This document shows positions 25,073 to 39,614 of a stretch of DNA of 64,000 nucleotides, piece after piece (positions within the stretch are counted from its first letter, which is position 1; each line of letters begins with the position of its first letter). This DNA comes from Azolla caroliniana (Eukaryota; Plantae; Polypodiophyta): positions 19,716,001 through 19,780,000 of the forward strand of contig JBHGNT010000003.1 in the NCBI GenBank assembly GCA_043228905.1, in the 5' to 3' direction. The notes beneath the pieces were generated by a model, which saw only the letters and a program-made list of their open reading frames with translations, was not told where the DNA came from and did no database searches. The position numbers and the translations under genes were made by a program.

Positions 25073-28000
25073 CGCATTCATATGCATTCGTGGGGGAGGC
25101 AAACATTGTAATGTGCTTTAGATATCCGAGAGGCATGGATTATTGTCAAAATTTTAGCAAGGCATTTTGTGCTAAATAATAATGTAAAGCAACACCTTAA
25201 ATAAATTGTACAAGACTTTAAAAGCTCTTCTATGCTAGCTTACTAAAATTAAATCCACATCTTGTAGCAGTGATAAAGCAACATTAGGGTTGTAACTTCA
25301 AGTGTTTAGAAATGAGTTAATTCTTGTTTGAGATCTAGAATGCTAACAATTTGCTCTTGTAAAGGCAATTCTTGAACATTAAATGTGAAGAGAAATTGAC
25401 CCATGATTAGATCATTGAAATTTGAATTGGACTTAACACATTTTCCACAAAAGAACAACACAAATGCTATACCTTGATGTACAACACTCATAAAAGTAAT
25501 GACTACAATGAAACCTTGTGTAATTGAAGTTTGATGGCATTTACAAAAGAAAATCTTTGGCAATAATAGTTGTACTAGAAACATGGAAATTGAAATTTTT
25601 TCTACAATATGAAGAATGAGATCAAGTAAAACCATTGCCCTTTAAAAGGCAATGAATGTAAAGGGGTGAAGTGAAACAAAACCATTACCTTTTAAAAGGT
25701 AATGCAAACAACAATTATTGTTAGTACAATGTGATTGGTTGGTTGTTATAGATATAACCTTAAGGACCAATTCTTAACTTAATACTTTAAAGGTAAGATA
25801 AGTGAGAAACTAGTTATCCTAGAACTTGGGACAAATACATATAAGTAGTTAGTCTAAGAACCCAACATGTTGGGTTATAAAGGGAACTAGAAACCCCTTC
25901 CTTACAATGTTTTGAGATGTTGTTGAGACTCTATTGGTGAGGCAAAGCCATGTTGCCTCAAGTTGTCCTTATCAAGGGCATGTCCATATATTTTGCAAGG
26001 GGTTCTCTGCCCTCTATCATTGGCCAAACGGTTGGATTGTCATATACCTTATGGTGGTGAATCGAGTGAGAGTAGTTGTCAATCATGCTTGAGCCACTAG
26101 CCACTATCTGCCTCTCTCACAAAGATAACGTCAACTGGAAGTACTAGAAACTATTTGTAGTGTGATCATAAACTATATTGAGATGCATAAGCAAATATTT
26201 ATAATAATACATTAACCACACCTCAACCATTAAGTTATCACAATACATAAATTAGAGAGAGTGATTGGTGTTTGACTTGAAAGCACTTGACAGTAATTAC
26301 TCATTAATATAAAGGAGAAAGGGGGAGAGTGGGCACTCTAGCTTAAATTACAATGAAGAAGGGGTGGGGGTAGGTAAGTCATAAAAAGCAACTTTTGTAG
26401 CTTTTTTATATAGGATTTGCCCCTTTTCACATTGGGTTAGCCATTTAACCTAAAGCTTTAGGAGCAAAATTTGTTCTACCTCTGGTTTCTCTTAGGCTTG
26501 CCCTCAGTGTAATACCCATGCCGATGCCAATATCTTCATAGGTCGTGCTATGCACAATGGATACTTAACAATTGCTCTTAACATCCAAGGTATAGCATAA
26601 AGTAATATCCAGTGGTATGTGACATTGATGGTATTATATGTTTGTCTCGTGTCCTTCATTTGAGGGTAGTCAATGTGGTGAAGTAACCTTTGTAATTAGT
26701 AATTTGATTCATTATATCATCAATAAGATATTACACAATACATGATTAAAGTTTTCAATAAAGCCAATGGATGATTTATAATGGGGTAAAGTAACGAAAA
26801 AAAAGATGTAAGCAATGCCTAACCAATATCAAGGTGATGGTAGTGCAACAATTAGCAAAGCTAATAATGAGATTACATTGGGCACACTACACGCATGTTT
26901 CTTGTCTTCTTGGATTACTCTTATATGGAGTCATGTAGCTTAAAAACTTTCATGCCAATAGATATATAATCACATTAGTATAGAGATAATATTATTAGTT
27001 CCATAATGTTTCCATTTGAGTCTGTCTTTTTCACACATAGCAAATATAGTCTCTAATCATATAATAATATAGCTTTTCTTCAATCTTTTTCTGTTATGTC
27101 AAATTTAGTCTCCAATCATATAATAATATAGCTTTTATTATCAGGTCTTATCATAATCATAGAGTAGTTTGTAATGGTAGAATCACAAATCCATAAGAAT
27201 AGGCTAATAGCTAAAGACTTGGTATTCTATGATTGTTGATGCCTTGTTGAAAAGGGGTTTAAATGTCATATTCCTTTGTAGTCTCATCAATGTTAGCTTG
27301 GACATGAAGTACCCTTCCAACAATAAAATGTCAGCAAAAGATGTAATGATCAGATGAGAAAGTTTATTGGACATAAAGTAGTTCACGCCTTTTCATATGA
27401 CAATATTTTACTTACATTGTTTTCCCAATAACTTCCCTTTTTGAGACAAAGGATACACTCAAAGTCGTTTGTTATTTTGTTTTTATTTATATAGGACCCC
27501 CTCTTCGATCAAGGGAAAACAATACAAAGGATATATACCTTAATATTTTATCAACACCCTAAAGGGTGAGAAAAGCCAATGTATGGGTTTTTTACAAGTG
27601 CATTGAACACAATAAAGAGAGGTTCATACATATTGCTACTGAATTTGAAGATTCAATATATTTGGAACTACATCCCATACTCTACATCTAATGGAACTTT
27701 TGGAAGCTTCTTAGAGTTGGGAGATGCAGGTTGTATGAACATAACATATATAGTTTCTCATGAACTTGTATATTGAACAACTTTCTATTCATTTCACCGT
27801 GAATATAGTGAACTCAAAACATTTCTAGAATATGCCAATGTCAAAGGCCTCCCCATGTGCATTAGAGGCACATAAGTCCAAAATACATGGCATAAAGTTA
27901 ATGCATGTGCTGCCGTGTGTTACCTTAAATCCACAAATGTTTGTTGTTGTTACAATTAATAGTCTAAGTATATTTATCTATACTTTTATTCCTATTTAAA

Positions 28001-29746
28001 GTATTTCTCTCATATCCATCCTCGTTACCTTAAACTATTCCCTAAGACCTAGGCCAAGGTCTTAATAGCTATTGTGAGGTTCTCAATCAATGAGGATTTG
28101 TTTTTAGTTTTGTATGAAATGACAACATGAAAATGTATGCATTGTACTATGGATTATTATATGTACATAGCAAGGACCTAGTGTAGTAATGTAAAATGGG
28201 GTATGTATTGATCTTAAGTTTAGTCTTGGTGTGGTTCAAATCTCCTTATCTATCAACGTATTGTTTCATGACTCCCATACGTTTCTAAGTTTTAGAACCC
28301 ATATTTTTATTATGTAAAATGTCGAAAATTTTGAATCTATCTCTCTCGTTTTCTCTTTGTAGAGCAAACTTCATGCCCACTTGCCCAATTCATCTTTTAG
28401 ATAAAACCAAATGACTTAGGTAGTCACAAACTTCCAAAAGTGTTTTACTATTCGTAACTTTACCCTATGGTCTAGAGAAAAAAAATGTTGCTAATGTCCA
28501 CGAGAGTCCAACGATGATCAATGGAAGGGCTAAGCTCAAGTAGACAATTGAACTTCACATACACATACAAGTGGAATGTGTTTGTCCCTTAATTACAATC
28601 ATCTTTAGAGGTCAAATAAACTAATGGGATCTAAGCAAAAGAACATCAACATGTAGTATATCTAGAGTAAAATAAGTAATTCTCAATATATAGCTGTTTT
28701 ATTAATAATAAAGGTTTAATTGAATGTTATCAAACCCCCATGATATAAACTATAACCTTTCATATAAAATATTGTGTCCAAAGGATTTTATACCGCCAAA
28801 AATTACTCACTTTGGAGATGTATGAAAGTCATGGTATGTTCCACTAAAAATAACTTCAAAAGTTTCCCTACCCAACTTCTTTCCTATTGCTTAAGAGAGA
28901 TATCTTTTGTGAATATTTTAAATTCTTAGAATACCCAAACATTGAGTCCAAATTCAATTTATTTTGTGGATGCATGCAAGACAAGATAATTTGCTATTCA
29001 TATTGTGCTAATGTTGTCACTATTGAGGGATAAACCAAACTCTAAATAATTCTATTACCTTAATAGCTTTAGACCTTCAATTGATTGGGAGCATTTTCAT
29101 CATTGTAGGTAGCATCACATATTGTTTGTAACATAATTATTTTTTAGGTACTTGTGATCTAGTCCCAATGATAAGACTTTTTTTCTCCCTCAAGATCTTT
29201 CTTTTGGAGGAACCACATGGAGTTGTCAGTTTGAGTTTGTATACCAAGTACGTGTTCGATGGGCAATGAAGCCTTAAAAGGTGTATAGGGTTGAGGTGGA
29301 GTTATAATTTGCATAGAACTAGTCAAGACACGAGATAGAGAAACTAGAAAGAAAAAGAAGGATATATTAACTCTCTTTTTTTATAATAGGGAGAAATGGC
29401 CTATATTAAAGAATGATCCAAACAAGAGAAGGTTACAAATTACAATCTTAAAAGTGTTGTGTGTATGTGTCTTTGAGAGGGACAAACCGAAATAAATTTT
29501 CAGTTTAAAAAAAGCAAAGGTAAATAGAAACAAAAGTGAGTAAAGGATCTCATGTGATCATATGACTACTATTCTCAAGGAGGAAAGTGTGGGGAGACAC
29601 TTGTATATAAAGAGGATTATGTAGAGACCATTAGGAACTAGCACAAAAACCATTACATTCATTCATTATATATATCATTTGCCAATATCACATCTTGTAA
29701 GGGGGAGAGAGAGAGAGAGAGATCACTTGATTGCAATCTAAGTACC

Positions 29747-30325
29747 ATGGACCATCCTTCCATCATAGTGAATCGCCGAACTTCATATCGTACTTGCTCC
29801 TTGTCCTTATGCTTGAGCACACTTGCCTTGATCCTCATCCTTACCAATCCCCTAGTATTGTCCCATGCGCGCCAGTCGCTCTACAAACCCTTCGTACTCA
29901 ACTACTACGTCCACATTGAGGTGAACGGGGCCCTTGGTGCGACCGACAAATTCCTACCCCCCGTCAATGCCTCGTTCTCGGCCGACTTTGGCTCCGCGTC
30001 CCTCTTCGCGCTCAATGTCACCGAGGGGTTGAGCCCGACATCCAAGCAATTGGGCTACAGCCGCGGCTACGCGATCGAGACGAGCTACTTGGTGAGCCTC
30101 TCTCGGGGTGTCGAGACGGCCGTGTTGGAGTACGCGGATGGAGGGGACCACAACGGGACTTTCGTGATCACGGGGGTCGTGGGGGCGTCCGGAACCAACG
30201 AGGTGGCCATCGTGGGGGGCACCGGAACCTTTCGAGGCGCCAACGGCTACCTCCTGATCTCCTTTGCTCAGTTGCTCAACAATGGCACACTCTTCACCTT
30301 TGCCCATGAGGCTCACTTCCTTTAA
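29747..30325 (+). CDS. Dirigent-domain protein, secreted, intronless (192 aa); paralog of 16786-17373
   Basis: Same motifs and C-terminus (NGTLFTFAHEAHFL), signal-like N-terminus, TATA-like TATATAAA at ~29604. Confidence 0.85.
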   Translation: MDHPSIIVNRRTSYRTCSLSLCLSTLALILILTNPLVLSHARQSLYKPFVLNYYVHIEVNGALGATDKFLPPVNASFSADFGSASLFALNVTEGLSPTSKQLGYSRGYAIETSYLVSLSRGVETAVLEYADGGDHNGTFVITGVVGASGTNEVAIVGGTGTFRGANGYLLISFAQLLNNGTLFTFAHEAHFL

Positions 30326-33300
30326 TCCCCCTCCACACACATAACACAAATGTATATCTATTTATCTATCTATCTATCTATCTATCTATATAATGCATTT
30401 ATTTGCTTGTTTTGGAGAACACAATTGCATTCCCTTCAAATTATTCCATGAGTTTGTTGTGCTGACCAACCATGCTCATCTACAAATTCGATATCAATAT
30501 GAATCAATAATCCATCTTCTTCGAACATTTTATGCGAAAAATGTAGTATTATGTTATTATGTCGAGATCCATGTCCACTATTCCTTAACATTAGTTAGAG
30601 CCCCTTTGGATTTGCGGAAACTAAACTGTTACATTATAAAACACGGATCGTTAGAGCACCCATTGCAAATGCAATGATTGGTGTTTTTGGGAGATCTGTT
30701 TTTAATACCACTCAAAGAAAACCATTCCATAACACTAAAAATCATCCCACTTGCAGATGTTAGTCACCAGAACCTACATAATACCACTCGACAAAAACCA
30801 CTTCATAACTATAAATCATCTTGACTATAGACATTAGTAATTAAAACCTACGTCATAATACCACCCATGTCATAATTGGTATGGGGGTTGTTTTTATAGG
30901 TTCTAATGAAACCGCTCCTACAAGTAGAGTGGGCATTACTTAGTGTGCTACCTAATGCACATCAGTACTAATGTCTTTGAGATTCTAAACATATTGGTGT
31001 TAATATTTTAGTCCATTGAAATGCAAGTGATGTTATAATTAAGCGAGGTACACCTAAAAGTCCATAACGTTTCTTAATGATTAAGAGGGGGGTTCCCATG
31101 TGTCCCCTAGCATTCATTGTTTTGTCCTCCTCGTTGGTGTCATGGACCAAACTTGGTACAATATTAGTTTCTACGGACCGTTTCCACATTAACGTAACAA
31201 ACAACATGTTTCGTCCATCTCCATTCAACCTCGACTGACACCAGGTGTCTAATGCCCACTTGACATCGAATGCACTCACTCTACACACCACTTCCACTTG
31301 CACTTTCATTTTCCTTGTCTAAGACCATCCCTTGTTTGCATGTGTCCTCATCGACCAACCAACTTTGTATGATGTGACTTGCGTGAAAAGGTGTGGACAT
31401 TGATTAGTCGATAGGGTGGACACTGTGTAGCTAGCCAATTGGATCATTTATTGGGACGTAACTCCCTTTAGGCCTGGACCAAATCGCTCCCACCTGTCGG
31501 TATACTATTTCACAACATGAAAACTTAGGAGCCATGTTTTTGACACCTAAAAAGTGCAAAAAAGTAACTAATTTTCTTTTTCCAATCGATGTATTTCAAA
31601 AAACTCACTTTCTTTATGAAGAGAAAACTTTATGCTCACTATCACAACTTTCAACAAGATGTTTTTCTATTGGTATGTTTACCCTACATGTGCATTGAAG
31701 AAAGTATTATATCGGTATCGATATAGATATTAGATTGATAGATAAATTATTGTCATACATACATTATTGGAGACTAAATCTGATCTAGTATGGAAGGAAA
31801 CAAGTCTCTCAAGTGAATTGAACTAAACATGCGCACACAAATTATTATTATCTTCCGAGGTCAAATATGATTAATGGAAAACAAGATAATGCCTAGTTTT
31901 ATTTAGCTATATGGTCACTATGTAGAGATCTCAACATTTGCTCAAATCTAGAAAGGAGTTTTATCATGCCAATAGCATAACATGTGGCTATAGTTGTTAG
32001 TTGACACGCTACTTAAATTGTATGAAATGCTACCTCACCGTTATACTTTTGTTGCTAATAAACATACCAATATTGCATTTTTATGAGCTCGATTCTCAAA
32101 TAGTTATTCATTTCAAACTCACTCCTTCAAAGCAACTCTCAACTTCTCATTCTGAATAACATAACTTCTTCTCACAAACATGCAAAACTAAAATCATTGT
32201 GTTGCCTTTCTTAATGTCTTTTTGAATACTATCAAACTAGCCTTTGCACACGTTAAAAACCAATGTCGTACAAGTAGTTTGTTATCTGAAATTCCATTAC
32301 AACAATACTAATTTCAATTTAGACAACAGTTATTTGACTGACAAACATAACCCAAGTTTTGTGGATCTACAAATGGGATGGGTTCATTATTACACAACGA
32401 GCTCCGTTTTCGTAATCTGACAAACAATTTTATTTTGTAATTGAAATTAAACTAGTAAAGTCATATTTTCTATGAACAAATATTGAGCATTTTTTGGAAA
32501 TGTGTTGACATGGACTTCCCATTATTGACATTGTCAATATTTCTAGCATAAAAAACAAGTGCTGCAATTTTGGCAATAATAAATACCAATATTTCAGAAA
32601 TTACGATATAATATGATCAAGTAACATTAGTAATATAATGCCCAAAATGCCTCTATCCATATTTAAATTGGATAGTAATCCCAAACTTTATTCGACAATT
32701 ATGATGAGGAAAGAGATGCAAAATTTGTGGTATTTCTATTAATTTGTTAACAATTCCAGAGTATGAAAGGTCTCTCCACCATTTTAAGGCTACCCTCAAA
32801 TTTGGAACCTTTTTGTTTTTGTCATATACATGGAGTTGATTTGACTTTGAGAATCAATCCAAGTTTGGGCCCAATAAAATTAACTTATACAACTGTTCCC
32901 ATTTATCGAAAAAAAGTAATCTAATATTTGGTGTTTTATAGGATCAAAGGGCAATATTGTTTGCTTAAACCTTCTTTGATATTAAAACTTAATAGTCTAA
33001 AATACTGCCATTAATACATACAAAAACATAAACGATAATATTTTAGTCATTACTAAATTTTATAGGAGGTAGTACAAGATTGAGATTTTCTTTTAAGAAA
33101 GCTCTCGATAATAATCTTTCAATTAAATAATTCCATGTAATGTGTATCATGTCAAATATAGATGACAAGGGTTTTTTGGATAAAAAAGAAGACAATCAAG
33201 ACTTAGACATTAAAGAAGAGGAGAGGGAGAGTGATCGAAAAGAGAAGATGTCCGCCATTGGCACATATTCAAGGAGGTGCTTGCTTGGTGGGGTTGGGTG

Positions 33301-34488
33301 TTGTGTTGCATTTGGGACATGGTGTGAAAACGTGGATTCTTGTCTATCAAATATTACCCCATAATATATTTATATAAAAATACGTACAAGCAAGTTTTGA
33401 ACCTCCAACCTTTATTGTAAAAACATCATGTTTGACTACCACTAAAGTAATCCATTAGGTACCAATAAACAATACTCCATGTCACTTAGAAACAAAACCG
33501 ATGTTGTGTCATTTGCAATGGAATTTTTTTTTGTAGCTTTAGATTCATTACATGTAACCTAACTAGATGATTATGTTTTGCCCATTCTATAAAGCAACAA
33601 TTATCACTCTCTATCATGGGCAGATGTCATACTCCACTATTGATTTCTACATCTCTTGATCCAAGTCTAAAAGCAATAGATGATCACAACTATACTAAGG
33701 AGCATTGGTTTGCAACTGCATACATGGATAATGCACGTAGGGATGTATAATGAGTGAGTGACATGGAAGTAATATACATTTATGCATGTCCATGTGTTTA
33801 TACAGAGGGTTCATCACATGTCCTTGTTCCATAGATCAAGTGCAATCAGACCAATGCATACTTGCAACTTCCCCACTAATATTTTATTTGATCTCTTGTA
33901 ACACTAGTAAAAGAGGTAATGGACAAACTAACTTTCAAAAACATCATAACACCATTGGTCACCTTGTTACCCTTCGAGTATTAATGGAAGAAAGTCGCTT
34001 GAGAGGTAAGGGTTTAATTGTTTGTTTGTGGACTTCAGAAAGCTTCTAATATGGTACCTCATGATCATCTTTGGAGGCAAATGCAATTTCCCAAATCTAT
34101 GAGAAGGTTATATGTTTTGTGCATATGGGTGATGAAATTTTAGATTTTTTAATAACATTATTTGTGTTAAACAAGGATACCAACTCTTTCCAACTCTATT
34201 TGGTATATGTGTTGACCAATTAGAACAAACGGTTACGAAGTTTGTAAAGGAAGACGGTATTGAAGAAGTTTTCATTGTGGAATGTAATAATCAACGTTTT
34301 TGTTGTATATGGATGTAGTGTTTTAAAAAAAATATTTTGGGACATGCACAAAACTTATGAGGGCTTTGGAATAATTTTGCATGCATACTAAGTTAAGGAA
34401 ATTGGTAAATTCACAGTTTTTTTTTTGAGTTCAGAAATATGATTATTTGCACTACAAATGAACGTAAAAACTGTTTCAAAACGGTTTA

Positions 34489-35283
34489 TTAAGATTTGGA
34501 GCATGTTTTAGCATTGTGTCCAGGCTCTCCACACTTTGAGCACTTTTGCCCCTCTACATATTCAAAATGAGATTTGTCCCTTCTAATTGAAGCTCCCATA
34601 TTTTTGGCACCCACTGGTCTTCCTTTTTTGCGCTGAAGAGGTTGAATATCCTGAATTTCTTTTGTTGGATCATCCAAAACACTTTGAATATGATTAATAA
34701 ATGATGACGAATGAGTCTGAGGATTGTTGTACAACTCATTATGTAATCTCTCAATAAGATTTTTTCTTGGTGAAATATTTTGACTCAAACTAACATTGGT
34801 AATGGCTCTAGAAGATGCATTCAACTCTAAGAGCCATTGAGAGTCAATATATGCATCAGTTAGTACTTGACCTTCTTCATCCATTCCTTTCTATCATGTG
34901 TCACAATGACAACAAACCATCATATATAATGGAGTGCACGTTGATATCATGTCAAGCTCAATGTTTTTTGACACATCACCAACACATATGTAAGTTGCAT
35001 TTGTGACACATAAAGATTGGAGAGAATGAGTGTTTGATTAGCAACATATTCTCTCATCGAATGAGAAAATTTAGGGGTGAGCTTATGACAATGAGAGGTT
35101 GCAACGCATGATGAGACAAAGATAGTGAAGTGTCGCAACAATAAGATGTTGCAGACTCCCATGAAAAGAGCAATAATGGGGTCTATATTTGGACATGTGG
35201 TTGTGGGGCCAAATGTTGTCTCAAAACATAGAGCATGAGGTACAAATAGACAAATAGATAGATAGATAGATAGATAAGTGTGT

Positions 35284-35317
<34 letters not shown>

Positions 35318-36995
35318 AAGAAAGAAAGAAATATTAACGTCTTCTAAGGCCAAAATTGGCCCATGAGACAATTGGTTTACATGTGGATGTGGTCTCAATT
35401 TCCATCAAAGTCTCTCGAAAAGAAGCGGTAGGTCAAGGGGTTTCAATGTGGATGTGGTCTGTGGTTCCAATGTAAAAGGTACCCCAACCATAGCTTCTAG
35501 TCGGCGTAGCTCACATTCCCTTATCTTCTAGCTCACTTATTGTGTGTTTGCAAGGAAATCCCAATGTTCCAATGACGCTTTGGGTGCAAACCTTTATCAT
35601 TTCCTCTTTATTCAATGATTTCTTGTACTGTTTAAGTATTTCATGCAATGCAAACAAAGACAACTTCTTTTGTAGTGGTTTTAACAACCCAATTTTGTGT
35701 CTATAACAGACAATTAGTTTTTGACGTTCAATTTCTTTTAAAATCTCGGCAGTCTGATTTTTCCAAAGCAAATTGAGATTCTTTACCACTTCCAGTAAAT
35801 TTCGTTTCCCATTTTTGATGTAACTTTTTAAGACCCGATGTCTACCTTGAACACAAGATGTAGTGACAGAATTAAAATGACGTATATCCTTTACGTAACA
35901 GGTTACAAACCTTTCTTTCCAAGGTAACCACGGTTGAAGTATATACTCATATGCGTCTGGATTTGTGATCTTGTATATCGAAAAATCATTCATATTTTGA
36001 TTGAATTCGTTCACAGTTGATGAATAGACCAATTCCTTCCATCTTTGTAGAAATATTTTCCATTCGTCTTCTTTCTTGAAAAATCCTTTACATTTGGACG
36101 TAACATTTTTGTTAATGTGCCATATGCAAAGGACGTTTTGACACATAGGGAATGTCACCGCAATAGCATTCATCAGTGCCAGTTCTCGGTTTATTGCTGT
36201 TACTCTTGGACTGACAATTGAGCTAAATTCCCTTAATGCCCATTTGTATGATTCTTCCTGCTCATCACGAAGAAATGCAACAACAACATTGAACGTCTGA
36301 TTCGTACACGCAATTCCCACGAAATTTAGTAAGGGCATGCCGAATTTGTTAGTCTTGTATGTGCAGTCCAACAAGAAAACCCCATCAAATCTTTTAGCAA
36401 GCTTTACAACTTCATTGAACGCCAAGAATAATCCATTAACTCTAGCGTGGTCATCCAAGCGCAACTTACTAGTGTATTCCGGGGACACGATAATATCTGA
36501 CAATGTTTCCAATGGAGATCTGCCCTCTAAAAAATCTCTTTTAACACCCTTTACGACGTTGTATACTTCTTTGATTGAAGCATTACTTTGGGACTCTTTT
36601 TTCAAAGTACTAAGTATCTCCTTCGGTTCAACATTAGATTCGTACATCGATTGAACTTTTATCTTACTTTCACCATCTAATTTCCTATATTTCGAATGGC
36701 CAATCAAACTATCAGGTATTTCATGGTTGTGATCACCCAAAATCTTTTGAATATACCAAACACCTTTTTTGCACCCACAAATGATTTCAAATGTGCAACC
36801 TGTTAGCCTGGATCCCTTTTTCCTTTTCTGATCGCCATCGCTAGTCTCCTTGACCTTTGGTTCTCCACCCAAATCACACTTCAACTCAACTCTGTTATAA
36901 GCAGATCTTTTCGTTGTTAAAACAACACCTTTTTGAACATATTGTGTTTTGAGAGCTTCGATCATAGCTTCTTTGGAAGAATAGCCAGATTCCAT
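34489..36995 (-). pseudogene. MULE (FAR1/MudrA-type) transposase, split by an insertion and catalytically degenerate
   Basis: LLDCTYKTNKFGMPL, LCIWHI and a C-terminal CSKCGEPGHNAKTC knuckle. The two ORFs (35511-36995, 34489-34884) join in frame when 34888-35513 plus one CATTCC copy is removed. Confidence 0.85.
34888..35513. other. ~626-bp unclassified insertion inside the MULE transposase
   Basis: Flanked by duplicated CATTCC (34882-34887, 35514-35519). Contains (GATA)n/(GT)n/(GA)n runs; no convincing ORF or TIR seen. Confidence 0.6.
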
Positions 36996-37130
36996 CCCCC
37001 CTCAAAAAAGGAAGACCAGTGGGTGCCAAAAATAAGGGAACTTCAATTAGAAGGGACAAATCTCATTTTGAATATGTAGAGGGGCGAAAGTGCAAATTCT
37101 TTGCCTCCTGTCTGCTCTCTGCTACGTTTG

Positions 37131-37184
<54 letters not shown>

Positions 37185-37479
37185 GCATAATATGCAGGGA
37201 GGGAGGAGCAAGCGAGCAGTTACTTCTCTTCTCTTCTCTTCTCCCTTTTCATACCAAACCTGTGAGTGAGTGAGTGAGTGTGTGTGTATATAAAATGTGA
37301 GCGAGCGAGTGACTAATTTTCGCGCCTCTATTTAGAAAGGTTGTACATATTGTGAGTGAGCACACAAATTCATTTGTAGTGCAAATAATCATATTTTTGA
37401 ACTCAAATAAAAAATTGTGAAAATATAGAAAAAACTGTGAATTTACCAATTTCCTAAGTTAAGTGTCAACAACTCTAAA

Positions 37480-39612
37480 AAACAAAGATTATGATTGTGA
37501 CGAGCCATGAAAAAGATAAACCTTGCATTATGTCCAATGATACGACACTTGATACAGATTATATCATTCAAGTGCCAAGCCCAACTCATGTAGCTAAGGA
37601 ATTTCTTCGACAACACCTCTTTACAAGCTTTTGTGGCATCAATGTACTCAGCCTCTATCTGGATAATGATACACATTTTTGAAGTCTCAATTGCCAAGAG
37701 ACAACTCCCCCTACAAAGTTTATTAAGTACCCTAATGTGGATTTCTTAGAGTCAATGGCACTAGCCATGTTTGCATCTGTATACCCATTTGACATAGTTC
37801 GGTTATCACCAAATTTCACACAAACTCTCAAAGTGTCTATGAGATATTGCAAAATCCATTTTGCGGTTTCCCAATGATCTTTGCTAGGATTCTAAGGAAA
37901 ACGACTTACTACAACAATGGCATGAGCAATGCCATTCCAGATGACGCCGACCGAAGAAGCTGTTTCATCATGTGGAAGCGGATGTGGAAGAAATGGTTGT
38001 TTTTCACTCATATGCCGAATCAAATCATGTTGGACTATAGAGTCTTGTTCACACCATAGCAATACATTAAATTGTCAATTGCAAAAGCGTATAGTATCAG
38101 ATTCATTTCTTCTTGCTCTTTCTCACTTGTAGGGCACTATTTAGAACTTGGTTTAAAGTGACCTTTGAGTGGAGTGTTGAATGCCTTAGACTTAGTGATG
38201 TTGAATCTCTCAAGAACTTTTTCAATATATATTTTTCTAAGATAACCATGTGTCTTGTTTGATTTGTCCTTATCGTCATTCCCAAGATTTGCTTAGCTAG
38301 TCCCAATTTCTTATAGCAAAAGACTTGCCACAAAGCTCTCTCTTCAATTTCTCAATCTTGTTGGTGTCGAGACCAACAATCAACATATCATTGAAATACA
38401 ATAGTAGAGTGATGAGATCACTATCAAACATTTTCTTAAAGAGCACACAACGATCTGAGCTCGTCATGTTATACTTATGGTTTCATGAAAGAGTCAAATT
38501 TCTTGCACCAAAGTCTGGGAGCTTGTTTCAGATTGTAGAAGCTCTTCTTTAACCTACACACAAAATTTTCTTTTCCTTTGACTTAAAACCCCTTAGGTTG
38601 TTCCATTTAAATTTATTCTTCCAAATCACCATGAAAGAAGACAATATTCACATCAAGTTCAATCTAGATTTAAACTAGCTGCAATCCCAAGTACAACTCT
38701 GATTGAAGACAACTTCACAAATGGGTAGAAAATCTCCTTCAAATCAATACTTTTTTTTTTATTGAACCCCTTCCCAACCAATTTTGCCTTGTATCCTGGT
38801 TGTGACCAATGTTCCTCAATCTTAAGCTTTTAAATCCATTCCTTTTTCAACACTCTCTTACCCTTAGGTACCCATACCAAGTCTTAGATATGATTATCTT
38901 ACGAGGACTTCATCTCATGAATCATGGCCTCAAACCATTTCTCTTTTTTATCATGTTCCATAGCTTCACTAAAACTCTCTCTCTAGCTCTCCTCAGTCTA
39001 GTATGAGCATCACATATTAATGTGAGCTATATCTAATAGAAGGTTGTCTTTGTCGCATAGACCTTCTAAGATCTTCCTCTTGTGATGAAACTACATAAAA
39101 GCCATCAATATGGTCATGTGGAGTATGATGATCATGACTTTGCTCATCATCATCATTGGCTGCATCATCATTGTCCTCCACATCTCCCCCACGACCTTGA
39201 ATTTTTAGGGCAAGAGTTGAATGTGTGATGATTAAAAAATAGGGAATGAAATTTGGTATTTCACTCGGCTCTGGACCTCTAGGAATACTACATTCTTACT
39301 TCTAACATTTTTATTCGCTAGGTCATATAATTTTAGCCAAATTCTTCATGAACAGATCCCAAGAAGATACATGGTTTGCACTTGTCAACAAGCTTGAATA
39401 TGTTATATTTTGGATGTGAACATAACCCCTACAACCAAATAGTCGTAAGTGCTTGTATGAAACATCTTTTCCTGTCCAAACTCTCTCTGGAACATCACAA
39501 TCCAAAGGATATGATAGAGACAAGTGTGTAAGATCAATTGCAGCTCTCATTCCTTCATCCCCCCAAGAAGGTTTAGGAAATTTTGAGTGTGAGACAACAT
39601 ACAACTTATCCA
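37480..39612 (-). mobile_element. Highly decayed Tnt1/Tork-like Copia pol remnant (IN-RT-RNase H)
   Basis: PERVWTGKDVSYKHLRLFGCRGYVH, LGLAKQILGM and GYTDANMASAIDSKKSTLGY...VSWQLRLQKCVSLS in broken frames. No LTRs recognised. Confidence 0.8.
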
Positions 39613-39614
39613 CT

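Larger units (their letters stand above)
34398..37453 (-). mobile_element. Mutator-like DNA transposon (MULE) with TIRs and TSD
   Basis: TIRs GAAATTGGTAAATTCACAGTTTTT...GAGTTCA.AAATATGATTATTTGCACTACAAATGAA at both ends; the left copy has a ~25-bp deletion. Flanking direct repeat CTAAGTTAAG (34388-34397, 37454-37463), or 8 bp if the ends are GG...CC. Confidence 0.92.

Noticed and set aside
28170-28250. A-box/B-box-like SINE remnant (similar hint at ~33390-33450, minus strand)
   Set aside because: Too degenerate; no TSD, tail or second copy visible.
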